64,000 nucleotides of DNA, from positions 26,259-90,258 of the forward strand of contig JAEWGD010000005.1 of the NCBI GenBank assembly GCA_023388515.1. The letters run 5' to 3'. Source of the DNA: Bacillota bacterium (lineage in GTDB: Bacteria; Bacillota; Clostridia; Oscillospirales; Ruminococcaceae). The notes beneath the pieces were generated by a model. The model worked only from the letters and a program-made list of their open reading frames with translations. It was not told where the DNA came from and searched no databases. Below, piece after piece: positions 1 to 10,011 of the stretch. A program made the position numbers and the translations under genes. The stretch's first letter is position 1. Each line of letters starts with the position of its first letter.

Positions 1-2
1 TT

Positions 3-158
3 GGTTCATTAAGAAAAGCTGTTCAGGACGGAGATATTGACGAGGGAACGTTCCTTGCAGGTGCTATTTCAGGACTTGTAAATGAGCGAATGACTTGTAA
101 GGCGATTGTTGATGAGATTATTGGCGACGCTAGAAGGCTTTTGAAAATAACTGATTAA
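3..158 (+). CDS. C-terminal fragment of upstream gene, possibly enoyl-ACP reductase II (FabK/NMO family)
   Basis: Open frame from the window edge to TAA at 156-158. The tail ...DEGTFLAGAISGLVNE...IVDEI resembles a FabK C-terminus, and the position upstream of fabG fits a fab cluster. Confidence 0.4.
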   Translation, partial: GSLRKAVQDGDIDEGTFLAGAISGLVNERMTCKAIVDEIIGDARRLLKITD

Positions 159-211
159 TTATATAGATACAGATAGAAAAAAATTAGTGTAAAAAGGATT
201 GGGAGGAAAGT

Positions 212-952
212 ATGGGAAAGACAGCATTGGTAACAGGTTCAACACAGGGAATAGGGGCTTGCATAGCAAAAAGGCTTGCTAAGGATGGTTATAATATAGC
301 GATAAACTGTCGTTCGGAGGATGAAATGTCCAAAGGCGAAAAGGTTGCAGAGGAATGTAGAGAATTTGGAGTAGAGGCTGATTGTTTTATTGCAGATGTT
401 TCAAAATATGATGAATGTGAGAATATGACAAAGGCAGTTAAGGAGCGTTTTGGAAGTATTGATACATTGGTTAACAACGCTGGTATTACTAAAGATGGTT
501 TGATGGCGAGAATGAGCGAAGAAAACTATGATACTGTAATTGCTGTAAATCAAAAAAGTGTGTTTAATATGATGAAGTTTGTTGGGAATGTTATGATAAG
601 GCAAAAAAGTGGTAGAATAATTAATGTTTCGTCAGTTGCTGGGTTACATGGTAATGCTGGGCAGATTAACTATTCTGCGTCAAAGGCTGCTATAATCGGC
701 ATGACAAAGACTGGTGCAAAGGAACTAGGCTCAAGGGGTATCACTGTTAATGCAGTTGCACCTGGATTTATTCAGACACCTATGACTGATGCCTTGACAG
801 ATGAGCAAAAAAATGCTATGTTAAATGTAATAGCTATGAAAAGATATGGTCAAGTTGAGGAAATTGCAGGAGTAGTTTCTTTCCTTAGCTCCGATGATGC
901 AAGCTATGTTACAGGGCAGACAATTGAGATTAGTGGTGGGTTGTCTATGTAA
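212..952 (+). CDS. fabG: 3-oxoacyl-[ACP] reductase (SDR family)
   Basis: 246 aa with Rossmann motif TGSTQGIG and catalytic YSASK. RBS gggagg lies upstream of the ATG. Confidence 0.9.
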   Translation: MGKTALVTGSTQGIGACIAKRLAKDGYNIAINCRSEDEMSKGEKVAEECREFGVEADCFIADVSKYDECENMTKAVKERFGSIDTLVNNAGITKDGLMARMSEENYDTVIAVNQKSVFNMMKFVGNVMIRQKSGRIINVSSVAGLHGNAGQINYSASKAAIIGMTKTGAKELGSRGITVNAVAPGFIQTPMTDALTDEQKNAMLNVIAMKRYGQVEEIAGVVSFLSSDDASYVTGQTIEISGGLSM

Positions 953-1032
953 TATAGTGGTGAATACAAAATTAGGCATAAGTATAATACTGTTATAAGC
1001 AGGTCAGATTTAAAATAAAATGGGGTAAATAC

Positions 1033-2280
1033 ATGAAAAGAGTAGTAATAACAGGGATGGGTACTGTAAATCCCTTAGGAAATAATGTAGATACATTTTG
1101 GAATAATATTAAAGAAAACAAAATTGGTCTTTCATACCTTAAAGATATGGAGGGCAGAGATACTTCGGATGATTTTGATATAAAAGTTATTGGAGCAGTA
1201 AAGGATTTTGATTGCTCAGAATATATAGATAAAAAAGAGTCAAAAAGGGTTGACAGGTTCACTCAATTTGCTGTAATATCAGCAATGGAGGCATTAAAAA
1301 ATAGTGGCTCTAATTTTAAGGATATTGACCCTTTTAGAGCGGGTGTAATTATAGGCTGTGGGATAGGTGGACTTGGTCTTACACAACAGGAGCATGCGAA
1401 ATATTTGGAAAAGGGTTCAAATAGGATTTCTGTTTTCTATGTGCCTATGATGATTGCGAATATGGCTGCGGGAACTGTTGCTATGAAAACGGGCTTTAAG
1501 GGTGATAACTTTTCAACAGTGACTGCTTGTTCATCTGCTACTCATGCAATAGGAGAGGCTTTCCGTAAGATTAAGGACGGTTATCTTGATGTATGTCTTT
1601 GTGGTGGTACAGAAAGCTGTGTTACAGAGTTTGCATTGGGTGGGTTTAATAATATGAAGGCATTGTCTAAATCTGACGATGTTGAAAGAGCATCTATTCC
1701 TTTTGATAAGGAAAGAGGGGGCTTTGTTTTAGGTGAGGGCAGTGGGATGCTTCTTATTGAGGAGTATGAACACGCTGTGGCAAGGGGAGCAACTATTTAT
1801 GCTGAAATTGCTGGATATGGTGCAACTTGTGACGCTTATCATATGACATCTCCATCACCAGAGGGTGAGGCTGCTAGTATGGCGATGAAACACGCTTATG
1901 AGGAAGCTGGGTTGACGGCTGAACAGGTGGATTATATTAATGCACATGGCACATCAACTGGTTTGAATGATAAATATGAAACAAAGGCGATAAAGCTTGC
2001 ACTTGGTGAAGAGGCAGCGGCGAAGGTAAAGATTAATTCCACAAAGTCAATGATTGGGCATCTTCTTGGAGCTGCGGGTGCTGTTGAGGCAATTGCTACG
2101 GTATTACAGATTAATAATTCGATGATACACAAAACATTGGGTTATAAGGTCTATGATGAAGAATGTGATTTGGATTACTGTGTAGAGGGCAATGTTGAAC
2201 AGGAAGTGAATGTTGCATTATCGAATTCACTAGGTTTTGGTGGGCATAATGCTACGCTTTGCATAAAAAAGGTAAAGTAA
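1033..2280 (+). CDS. fabF: 3-oxoacyl-[ACP] synthase II
   Basis: 415 aa KAS I/II-type. Active-site Cys in TACSSATHA, His motifs HGTSTGLND and GHLLGAAG. Confidence 0.9.
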   Translation: MKRVVITGMGTVNPLGNNVDTFWNNIKENKIGLSYLKDMEGRDTSDDFDIKVIGAVKDFDCSEYIDKKESKRVDRFTQFAVISAMEALKNSGSNFKDIDPFRAGVIIGCGIGGLGLTQQEHAKYLEKGSNRISVFYVPMMIANMAAGTVAMKTGFKGDNFSTVTACSSATHAIGEAFRKIKDGYLDVCLCGGTESCVTEFALGGFNNMKALSKSDDVERASIPFDKERGGFVLGEGSGMLLIEEYEHAVARGATIYAEIAGYGATCDAYHMTSPSPEGEAASMAMKHAYEEAGLTAEQVDYINAHGTSTGLNDKYETKAIKLALGEEAAAKVKINSTKSMIGHLLGAAGAVEAIATVLQINNSMIHKTLGYKVYDEECDLDYCVEGNVEQEVNVALSNSLGFGGHNATLCIKKVK

Positions 2281-2415
2281 CAGTATGTATTCATATATGT
2301 AATAAAAGTTTGCAGTTCTCATTCACTAAATTAATGGAATTTAGGGTTGGCAGATAGCATACTTTTAGCTCAAAAAAAATAGTGTATTATATTAGAAATA
2401 TTTGGAGGAAACAAA

Positions 2416-2922
2416 ATGAATGAAAATAAAGCTTGCAACCTATCCTTCAGTGAAATAAAAGAACTTATTAATCTTGTGGCTGAGAAAAATCTTGGTAAGT
2501 TTGAGATGAAATTAGATGATTGCAAAATTTTGATTGAGGGGAAAAAGGAAAAGGAAAAGGTTATGCAGTCAAGTGACGTGGTTAATTCTTCACAATGCTC
2601 ACAACCATCACAAATGGCTGCTGCGTCAGCTGCTGTGGAGGACGGAACGGTCGCTGCTGTTGCTATAAGTACAAAGGCTGAGGTATGTGGGAATGCTGTT
2701 AAAGCACCAATTATCGGAACTTTTTATCTAACTCCTGCACCTGATAAAGAGCCTTTTGTAAAGGTTGGTCAAACGGTGAAAAAGGGTGATGTTATCATGA
2801 TAATTGAGTCGATGAAGCTGATGAATGAAATTCAGAGTGAATTTGATGGAGTGGTAACGCAGATATTGGTTGAAAATGGTAAGCCAGTTGAGTTCGACCA
2901 GACGATAATGATAATTAGCTAA
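2416..2922 (+). CDS. accB: acetyl-CoA carboxylase biotin carboxyl carrier protein
   Basis: Biotinyl-lysine motif IESMKLMNEI near the C-terminus, Ala/Ser-rich linker, operon position. Confidence 0.85.
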   Translation: MNENKACNLSFSEIKELINLVAEKNLGKFEMKLDDCKILIEGKKEKEKVMQSSDVVNSSQCSQPSQMAAASAAVEDGTVAAVAISTKAEVCGNAVKAPIIGTFYLTPAPDKEPFVKVGQTVKKGDVIMIIESMKLMNEIQSEFDGVVTQILVENGKPVEFDQTIMIIS

Positions 2923-2934
2923 TAGGAGAGTAAA

Positions 2935-3366
2935 ATGGATATAGTTTTGAATCAAGAGCAAATTAAGGAGATTATTCCACATAGAGATCCATTTTTGTTG
3001 ATTGATGAAGTTCTTGAAATGGAGCTTGGTAAGCGAATTGTTGCAAGAAAACATATAAAGGCAGATGACTTTTGGTTCAAGGGTCATTTCCCAGAATATC
3101 CAGTTGTACCTGGTGTTTTGATGATTGAAATGCTTGCACAGGCTGGTGCTGTTGCGATGCTTTCTATGGAGGAGCATAAGGGCAAGATTGGCTTTTTAGC
3201 TGGTGTTGATAAGGCTAAATTTCGCCGTCAGGTCGTGCCTGGTGATACGCTTTTGCTTGAGGTTGAAATTATTAAGGTAAAAGGTCCTATTGGAGTTGGA
3301 AAGGCTATTGCAAGCGTTGACGGGGTAAAGGCTGTTTCAGCAGAAATTTCATTTGCTCTTAAATAG
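2935..3366 (+). CDS. fabZ: 3-hydroxyacyl-[ACP] dehydratase
   Basis: Hot-dog fold signature HFPEYPVVPGVLMIEMLAQAG. Confidence 0.9.
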   Translation: MDIVLNQEQIKEIIPHRDPFLLIDEVLEMELGKRIVARKHIKADDFWFKGHFPEYPVVPGVLMIEMLAQAGAVAMLSMEEHKGKIGFLAGVDKAKFRRQVVPGDTLLLEVEIIKVKGPIGVGKAIASVDGVKAVSAEISFALK

Positions 3367-3457
3367 AAAGATAAAAACATTGGTTAGTTTTACTTTTGCA
3401 CGCAAGACTTTATATTAGAAACAAGGTTCATAATTTATATTATAGGAGGTTTATCAT

Positions 3458-3637
3458 ATGCCGGACTACAAAGCTATGTACTACCATTTAGCGGGTCAAA
3501 TGTCAATTGCCATCGAGGCGTTAGAGGGACTTGTTGCCATTACGGAAAGGCTTAAGAGGGCACAGCAGACTACGGAGGATATGTTTATTAACAGCGAAGA
3601 TGACACTTCGGATGCGGATGGAGAAGAAACGAAATAG
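3458..3637 (+). CDS. hypothetical small acidic protein (59 aa) inserted between fabZ and accC
   Basis: ATG at 3458 preceded by strong RBS aggagg (3445-3450). It is absent from the supplied ORF track only because it is under 60 aa. No recognisable family. Confidence 0.45.
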   Translation: MPDYKAMYYHLAGQMSIAIEALEGLVAITERLKRAQQTTEDMFINSEDDTSDADGEETK

Positions 3638-3753
3638 AAATACAGTGTTTTGAATGATGTAAAAACCTTTTTGCATGGTAGAGAAAACAGTAAATAGCTT
3701 TACCCCGTAGTATAAGCATTAAGCTGCTTGTAGCCATAAATTGAGCTATTGCA

Positions 3754-3776
3754 TACTTAGATAGATTATCTAAGTA
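3754..3776. promoter_or_regulatory. 23-bp palindrome tacttagata-gat-tatctaagta upstream of accC, candidate operator
   Basis: 10-bp perfect inverted repeat with a 3-nt spacer, about 30 bp upstream of the accC start. It loosely resembles palindromic fab-regulator boxes. Confidence 0.35.
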
Positions 3777-3805
3777 AATAACCTAAATAGATAGGAATTA
3801 CTGAA

Positions 3806-5149
3806 ATGTTTGAGAAAGTATTGATAGCAAATAGAGGCGAAATCGCCGTAAGAATAATTAGGGCTTGTCGTGAATTGGGGATACGTTGCGTTGCAGTATA
3901 TTCTACTGCTGACAGGAATTCTCTACACGCACAGATTGCTGATGAGGCAGTTTGCATTGGGCCTGCTAATACAAAAGATAGCTACTTAAATTCGAAGGCG
4001 TTGCTTGCAGCTTGTGAAATTACGGGCAGTGATGCTGTTCATCCTGGCTTTGGATTTTTATCTGAAAATGCAGATTTTGCAAGGCAATGTAATAAATGTG
4101 GCATAACGTTTATTGGTCCTAGTCCTGAATCTATTGAAATGTTGGGCGATAAGGCAACGGCTAAGGAAACTATGAAAAAGGCTGGAATTCCTGTAATTCC
4201 TGGCTCTGATGGTGCTGTGAAAAATGTTGGTGACGCAAAGAGGATTGCTGAGGAAATTGGTTATCCGATTTTGGTTAAGGCGTCAGCTGGTGGTGGTGGC
4301 AGAGGTATTCGCCTTGTTGAAAAGGAAAGCGAATTGGAGGCACAGATTACTGCGGCTAAACAGGAGGCACAGAATTTTTTTGGTGATGATGGAATATATT
4401 TGGAGAAGTTTATTATAAATCCTCGCCATGTTGAGATACAAATTGTTGCTGATAAACATGGAAATGTCGTGCATTTGGGCGAAAGAGATTGCAGTATGCA
4501 AAGGCGTAACCAAAAGGTTTTGGAGGAGAGTCCAAGTCCGATTATGACGGAGGAATTACGCAAAAAGATGGGTGAGGCGGCTGTTAAGGCGGCAAAGGCT
4601 TGTGGATACTACAATGTCGGAACGATTGAGTTTTTGGTTGATAAGAACCTTGATTTTTATTTTATGGAGATGAACACTAGAATTCAAGTTGAACATCCTG
4701 TAACTGAATTTGTAACAGGAATCGACCTTGTTAAGTCACAGCTGAAGATTGCGAGTGATGAAGTACTTTCGTTTACACAGGATGATATAAAAATAACTGG
4801 ACATTCTATTGAGTGCAGAATAAATGCTGAAAATCCATCTATGGGATTTAGACCATCTCCTGGAAAGATTATGGCGTTGCATACACCTGGTGGACCTGGG
4901 ATAAGGATAGATAGTGCTGCGTATCAAGGGTATACAATTACTCCATATTACGATTCAATGATTGCAAAGCTGATAGTTTATGCACCAACTCGTGAAGATG
5001 CGATAATGAAAATGAGGTGGGCATTGTCGGAATTTATTGTTGAGGGTGTTGATACAAATATTGATTTTCAGCTTGAATTGATAAAGAACCCTTGCTTTGA
5101 AAGTGGAGAATATGATATAGGTTTTTTAGGTAGGTTGATGAAAAAATAG
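3806..5149 (+). CDS. accC: acetyl-CoA carboxylase biotin carboxylase subunit
   Basis: 447 aa ATP-grasp enzyme. Motifs GGGGRGIR and MNTRIQVEHPVTE. Confidence 0.95.
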   Translation: MFEKVLIANRGEIAVRIIRACRELGIRCVAVYSTADRNSLHAQIADEAVCIGPANTKDSYLNSKALLAACEITGSDAVHPGFGFLSENADFARQCNKCGITFIGPSPESIEMLGDKATAKETMKKAGIPVIPGSDGAVKNVGDAKRIAEEIGYPILVKASAGGGGRGIRLVEKESELEAQITAAKQEAQNFFGDDGIYLEKFIINPRHVEIQIVADKHGNVVHLGERDCSMQRRNQKVLEESPSPIMTEELRKKMGEAAVKAAKACGYYNVGTIEFLVDKNLDFYFMEMNTRIQVEHPVTEFVTGIDLVKSQLKIASDEVLSFTQDDIKITGHSIECRINAENPSMGFRPSPGKIMALHTPGGPGIRIDSAAYQGYTITPYYDSMIAKLIVYAPTREDAIMKMRWALSEFIVEGVDTNIDFQLELIKNPCFESGEYDIGFLGRLMKK

Positions 5150-5186
5150 AGGCTGTGTTTAATCATAGAAAATGGTGGTGAAGTAG

Positions 5187-6071
5187 ATGTTGGAAGATTT
5201 GTTTAAAGTAGTCAAGACAAGATTTAATGGTACAGAGGGTAAGCCAGATGGTGACGCTCGCAAGGGAAATATTCCAGATGATTTGCTGTATAAATGCCCA
5301 AGATGTCAGCAAACGGTTTTCAGTGAGGAGTTTTCAGCACTGAATAAGGTATGCCTAAATTGTGATTATCATGGTAGACTTACTGCAAAGGAAAGGCTAA
5401 AGCTAACTGTTGATAAGGGTAGCTTTGTTGAGTATGATAGCAAGATGATTAGCAAAAATCCAATAGACTTTCCAGGATACCCCGAAAAACAGGCAAAGCT
5501 TAGATGTGAAACTGATTTGAATGACGCAGTTGTAACGGGTGAGGCGACAATTAGGGGCGTTAAGGTCGTTCTTGGCATAATGGATTCACGATTTATGATG
5601 GCTTCTATGGGTAGTGTTGTAGGCGAAAAGCTAACGAGGGCGATTGAAACTGCGACGGAAAAAAGGCTACCGATTATAATTTTCTGTGCATCGGGTGGTG
5701 CGAGAATGCAAGAAGGTATAATTTCGCTAATGCAGATGGCAAAAACTTCGGGAGCAATTGCCAAACATTCTGAACAGGGACTTTTATATATAACAGTGCT
5801 TACTGACCCCACAACGGGTGGTGTTACAGCGTCTTTTGCATCACTGGGTGATATAATTATAGCTGAACCTAAGGTGCTTGTTGGCTTTGCTGGACGTAGG
5901 GTTATTGAGGGTACGATTAGGCAGAGATTACCCGATTCTTTTCAATCAGCAGAATTTATGCTTGAAAAGGGGTTTGTTGACATGATTGTTGAAAGAAAAA
6001 GGTTGAGAAGCACGGTGGCACATTTGTTGAAGCTTCATGGATATACAGATGAAAACAGGTATAACAACTAA
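5187..6071 (+). CDS. accD: acetyl-CoA carboxylase carboxyltransferase beta subunit
   Basis: N-terminal zinc finger CPRCQ...CLNC followed by a carboxyltransferase domain. Confidence 0.9.
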   Translation: MLEDLFKVVKTRFNGTEGKPDGDARKGNIPDDLLYKCPRCQQTVFSEEFSALNKVCLNCDYHGRLTAKERLKLTVDKGSFVEYDSKMISKNPIDFPGYPEKQAKLRCETDLNDAVVTGEATIRGVKVVLGIMDSRFMMASMGSVVGEKLTRAIETATEKRLPIIIFCASGGARMQEGIISLMQMAKTSGAIAKHSEQGLLYITVLTDPTTGGVTASFASLGDIIIAEPKVLVGFAGRRVIEGTIRQRLPDSFQSAEFMLEKGFVDMIVERKRLRSTVAHLLKLHGYTDENRYNN

Positions 6072-6091
6072 TGGGAAATCGAGGTATAAAA

Positions 6092-6913
6092 ATGAATAAG
6101 CTTAGTGCGTATGAACGACTTGAACTTATAAGGAATAAAAATCGTCCGACTGTTAGGGATTATATACCACAGATTTTTGACGACTTTTTTGAGATGCATG
6201 GCGATAGATTATATGGTGATGATGGTGCGATTATCGGTGGTGTAGGTAGGCTTGGTGAACGAGCTGTAACGGTTTTAGCACAGGTTAAGGGTAGGAATAT
6301 TGACGAGAATAAAAAGTCAAATTTCTCCATGCCACATCCTGAGGGGTATAGAAAAGCGTTAAGGCTTGCAAAACAGGCTGAAAAGTTTAATCGCCCTGTA
6401 ATATGCCTGATAGACACTCCTGGAGCGTTCTGTGGTGTTGATGCTGAGGCTAGGGGACAGGGTGAGGCTATTGCTAGGAATCTTGCTGAATTTATGTTGC
6501 TTAGAACACCTGTTATATCTATTGTTTTGGGCGAGGGTGGAAGTGGTGGTGCGTTAGCTTTGGGCGTTTGCGACGAGCTTGCGATGCTTGAAAATGCACT
6601 TTATTCCGTAATTTCGCCGAGAGGATTTGCAAATATTCTTTGGAAGGATGCAAGTCGAGAAAAGGAAGCTTGCCAAATAGTAAAGTGCACGGCTGAGGAT
6701 TTAGTTGAGTTTGGGGTTGCTGAAACGATAATTGAAGAGCCAGTTGGTGGAGCACATAACGATTTGTACAAAATTTCTGAAAATATTAAGGAATTTTTGT
6801 TGGAAAAAGTAGATGAAAAATGTCAAAAAGATATTGACGTTTTGCTGAAAGAACGTTATACTAAGTTTAGAAAAATTGGTGAGTTCGAGGAAAATGGAAA
6901 TAATCCCAATTAG
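6092..6913 (+). CDS. accA: acetyl-CoA carboxylase carboxyltransferase alpha subunit
   Basis: The ORF track starts at 6071, but the ATG at 6092 (MNKLSAYERLE) has RBS gaggt. Carboxyltransferase alpha family. Confidence 0.85.
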   Translation: MNKLSAYERLELIRNKNRPTVRDYIPQIFDDFFEMHGDRLYGDDGAIIGGVGRLGERAVTVLAQVKGRNIDENKKSNFSMPHPEGYRKALRLAKQAEKFNRPVICLIDTPGAFCGVDAEARGQGEAIARNLAEFMLLRTPVISIVLGEGGSGGALALGVCDELAMLENALYSVISPRGFANILWKDASREKEACQIVKCTAEDLVEFGVAETIIEEPVGGAHNDLYKISENIKEFLLEKVDEKCQKDIDVLLKERYTKFRKIGEFEENGNNPN

Positions 6914-7029
6914 ATACGTTATAATGGCAATTTGCCTTTATATATGCGTTTGAGTATTTACATCTGACATTTAATGTAAGACTGTTTTACTGTGATGCTA
7001 TTAAAATTTAGCTTGAATGGAGGTTGAAT

Positions 7030-7260
7030 ATGGTTTTTGAAAAGGTGAAAAGTATTATTGTAGACCAACTTGATGTTGATGCTGAGAAAATAACATTGGA
7101 TTCCAAAGTTGCTGAAGATTTAGGAGCTGATTCATTGGACGTTGTTGATTTAATAATGTCAATTGAAGAGGAATTCGATATGGAAATTGACGATGATGCA
7201 GTTGAAAGCATGAAGACAGTTGGTGACATTGTAGCTTTTATTGATAGCAATAATAAATAA
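7030..7260 (+). CDS. acpP: acyl carrier protein
   Basis: Phosphopantetheine-attachment motif LGADSLDVVDL. ATG at 7030 is preceded by ggagg; the track start at 7024 is a TTG. Confidence 0.9.
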   Translation: MVFEKVKSIIVDQLDVDAEKITLDSKVAEDLGADSLDVVDLIMSIEEEFDMEIDDDAVESMKTVGDIVAFIDSNNK

Positions 7261-7266
7261 AAAATT

Positions 7267-7298
7267 GACCGACACAAATTAGTGTCGGTCTTTTTATA
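7267..7298 (+). terminator. rho-independent terminator after acpP
   Basis: Hairpin gaccgacac-aaattag-tgtcggtc followed by a T-run. Confidence 0.65.
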
Positions 7299-7412
7299 TC
7301 GAAGATGTGCGTTCGGTGGATTATAATGAGGAGTTTAGATGTAATTTTTTACTTTGGCTGAATTTTGGGCAGAGCCTCATTATAAATCCATTGGAGATAC
7401 AATATATAAGGG

Positions 7413-8402
7413 TTAATATTTGAAAAGCAAAGCAATATTTTGTGAGCCAGCCCCGATTGTCCAGAACATAACATGGTCGCCACGTTTAACTATGCCTCTT
7501 TCTATCGACTCATATAAAGCGATAAAGGGACTTGATGTTCCTGTATAGCCATACTCATCACCTATAAAAATACTTCTTTCCTCTTCAATATCAAGCATTT
7601 CACGAAGGGTATTAACATTACAGAGAGCATATTGAGAGAAGCAGAACATTTTAATATCATCTTTAGTGAGATTATTTTCAGCTAGTAGCTCGTTCATACT
7701 GTTGAAAGCACGATCAAGCGATACATTTTCAAATGGAATCCAATCGAGTAGCCATTTCTCTTTATCGTCTGTTCTGGAGATGTTTGACACACCACAAGCA
7801 GGGAAAGTTATATTTTTATGCTCACAGGAGTTAATGTAGCATTTTGAACCTAAGATACCACAATCCTCATCAGTTTTCTCAATGATTATTGCACATGAAG
7901 CGTCGCCGTAATGCCCGTAGCAGAACTCATTGCTTTGGTTTAAAAGAATGTTGACATAATCAGCACCAACGATTAAAACACGCTTAATTAAGTCGCTAGA
8001 CTGCATATACTTGCTTACCATGTCAAGAGAAAGAGTCATTCCAGCACAGACAGCGTTGATGTCAAAGCAAATGCACTGCTTTTTCCCTTTAATTGCATTA
8101 TGTACATAAATTGAACTAGGTGGCACGACATATTCAGGCATACAGGCAGAATAAATAATCATATCAATATCTTCACCAGTTAAGTCAGCCTTGTTCAACG
8201 CACTTTCAACAGCGGTTAAAGCCATAGTCAAGCTGTTTTCTTTTGTTGAGTCAATCATGTAACGCTTATCCCTACCGATTACGTCGGATAGAAAATGCTC
8301 CACATCTTTACCCTGTTTTGCGAAATGTTCAACATAGAAATCGTTGCTTACAACATTTTCACCATGATATACTGCAATTGATTTTAACTTTAAGTTTGCC
8401 AT
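7413..8402 (-). CDS. fabH: 3-oxoacyl-[ACP] synthase III (KAS III)
   Basis: Active-site Cys in INAVCAGMT and a GYTGTSS motif corresponding to the FabH GNTSAAS region. The likely start is MANLK (8402), with RBS ggggg upstream. Confidence 0.75.
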   Translation of the reverse strand: MANLKLKSIAVYHGENVVSNDFYVEHFAKQGKDVEHFLSDVIGRDKRYMIDSTKENSLTMALTAVESALNKADLTGEDIDMIIYSACMPEYVVPPSSIYVHNAIKGKKQCICFDINAVCAGMTLSLDMVSKYMQSSDLIKRVLIVGADYVNILLNQSNEFCYGHYGDASCAIIIEKTDEDCGILGSKCYINSCEHKNITFPACGVSNISRTDDKEKWLLDWIPFENVSLDRAFNSMNELLAENNLTKDDIKMFCFSQYALCNVNTLREMLDIEEERSIFIGDEYGYTGTSSPFIALYESIERGIVKRGDHVMFWTIGAGSQNIALLFKY

Positions 8403-8482
8403 TTTTAACCCCCACTTTTCCATTAAAATAAAGAAGAAAGCAATACTCTCTTCTTTATTTTTAATTTTTTTGACTTAGATTC

Positions 8483-8812
8483 TTAAAGAACTTTAAAATT
8501 TTCAAATCCAACTTCCTTAGCAAGTCGTTTTACTTGCATCTTAGCAATAGCGTTACCCCCAAAAACAATAGTAACATTCCTAAAACCCATCTGCTTGTAC
8601 ATATTTAGGATACCACTAAGCATTTCTTGCATTTCGGAAGGAGAGGTGCTTAACTTTGAGCCATCAAGTGTTAGTTGACAAGTTGCGGGATTGATTTTTT
8701 TAGATTCCTTTTCAAATTCTGTCACAAATCGTTTTGCGTCCTCAGGAGTAAATAACCCCTCACAAACAACGTCTAGTGAATTACCTGCTGCTTTGATACT
8801 GAAACTTCCCAT
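8483..8812 (-). CDS. hypothetical protein (109 aa), possibly a STAS-like fold
   Basis: Clean ORF with no recognisable catalytic motif. Any family assignment is a guess. Confidence 0.5.
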   Translation of the reverse strand: MGSFSIKAAGNSLDVVCEGLFTPEDAKRFVTEFEKESKKINPATCQLTLDGSKLSTSPSEMQEMLSGILNMYKQMGFRNVTIVFGGNAIAKMQVKRLAKEVGFENFKVL

Positions 8813-9039
8813 GATTAGACCTCCTAAAATTATTATTAAGTTTATTACTGCTGCTTGCTATTATAGGTATATCATAGCAAGTTTATATACATTTTATACT
8901 AACGAATTGCCCCTGTCAATGATTTAGCAAAAGGTTTACATAAAGTTAATTCATTATCTAAGAAAGTTTGTCTTTTTGTTAACAATCGCTTGTGGTGTGT
9001 CTGTTTTACGTCAATATTTAAACATGGAATATTATAAGT

Positions 9040-9069
9040 AAAAGCCTACTGAAATTTCAGTAGGCTTTT
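9040..9069. terminator. perfect hairpin aaaagcctactga-aattt-cagtaggctttt (bidirectional terminator-like)
   Basis: 13-bp stem flanked by A/T runs, immediately downstream of the minus-strand gene 9094-10011. Confidence 0.4.
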
Positions 9070-9093
9070 ACCATGACAATTATTGTAATCTTT

Positions 9094-10011
9094 CTAAAAG
9101 TCAGTTGCACTCATTTGTAGCAACCTAATATAATGATTAGCTTCACGCAATACATGGTCAGCAAGCAATGGAAGAATGATTGATCTGATTTTACAGCGAG
9201 CGACACCCTTTGTTGCAGCTTCTTTAAAGCCCCTTAACTGGATAGTTTTCGCAAGTGTGGTATTTGTAATAGATGATATAGTTGCCTCATTTGCCTGTCT
9301 AGTACTTTCCAAGAGGTCGTTAAATTCATTGGCAAAATCGTTAGCAGTCTGAATTAAATCATTTTCTGTTGGGTCAAGCAATCCTCTGATAAACAATGCA
9401 TGCTCCATCATAATTTTGTCCCAGAATAGGTCCTCTTTTATTACATTAATATCATCTAAATCTTCGCCACGCTCTATCTTCTCTAGATGGTCACGGTACA
9501 AGCGTGCCTCATGTAGAATATGTTCTAATAAAAGTGGATAGTTTGATGTAAAGATATTACATGAAACCTGTAAATTAAGCACATCCTCTTTAAAGCTTAT
9601 AAAGCTATCAAGCAGGCCTTTTACATAACTGTTTAGGTTAATCACATAATCGAACAGCTCTGGTGTCAAATCTGCTCTGCTAGGTGTAAACAGCTTTGCC
9701 TCACTTATTGTAATGCTTTGGTCAATCTCAATGCCTGTAAATTTCTGTGTTTTTTGTTCTGCACCAAGTGTATAATCTGTGACAATTTCGCCAGATGCCA
9801 AAACATTTGGTCTGATAAAACCATTACTTATTCTAACAGCATTTGCTAAAACTGCTGCAAAATATCTTTTAAAGGTATCTGCTGTTCTTTTATAATCTTC
9901 GTTCTTAGGTGTAAAACTAGCCTCCAAGAAAATTGCATGCTCTTTCATTATTCTGCTAAAGAATAAATGAAGTTCAAGGGATAAGGTTACGTACTTTTGT
10001 TGACTTAACAT
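9094..10011 (-). CDS. hypothetical helical-repeat protein (possibly DUF2935-like)
   Basis: 305 aa with four related helical segments (MKEHAIFLEA, MMEHALFIRGL, LHEARLYRDHLE, LREANHYIRLL), suggesting an internally duplicated 4-helix-bundle. The family name is tentative. Confidence 0.6.
   Translation of the reverse strand: MLSQQKYVTLSLELHLFFSRIMKEHAIFLEASFTPKNEDYKRTADTFKRYFAAVLANAVRISNGFIRPNVLASGEIVTDYTLGAEQKTQKFTGIEIDQSITISEAKLFTPSRADLTPELFDYVINLNSYVKGLLDSFISFKEDVLNLQVSCNIFTSNYPLLLEHILHEARLYRDHLEKIERGEDLDDINVIKEDLFWDKIMMEHALFIRGLLDPTENDLIQTANDFANEFNDLLESTRQANEATISSITNTTLAKTIQLRGFKEAATKGVARCKIRSIILPLLADHVLREANHYIRLLQMSATDF

Noticed and set aside
142-166. Sigma-A promoter upstream of fabG (ttgaaa ... 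tatata)
   Set aside because: The spacer is only 13 nt, so it is not a convincing -35/-10 pair. fabG is probably transcribed from further upstream in the operon.
289-6755. Numerous antisense or out-of-frame ORFs over the fab/acc genes (e.g. 289-477, 401-604, 2728-3177, 4261-4563, 5369-5812, 6160-6417, 6519-6755)
   Set aside because: They are shadow ORFs inside strongly supported conserved genes. They lack RBSs and are typical of low-GC antisense frames.
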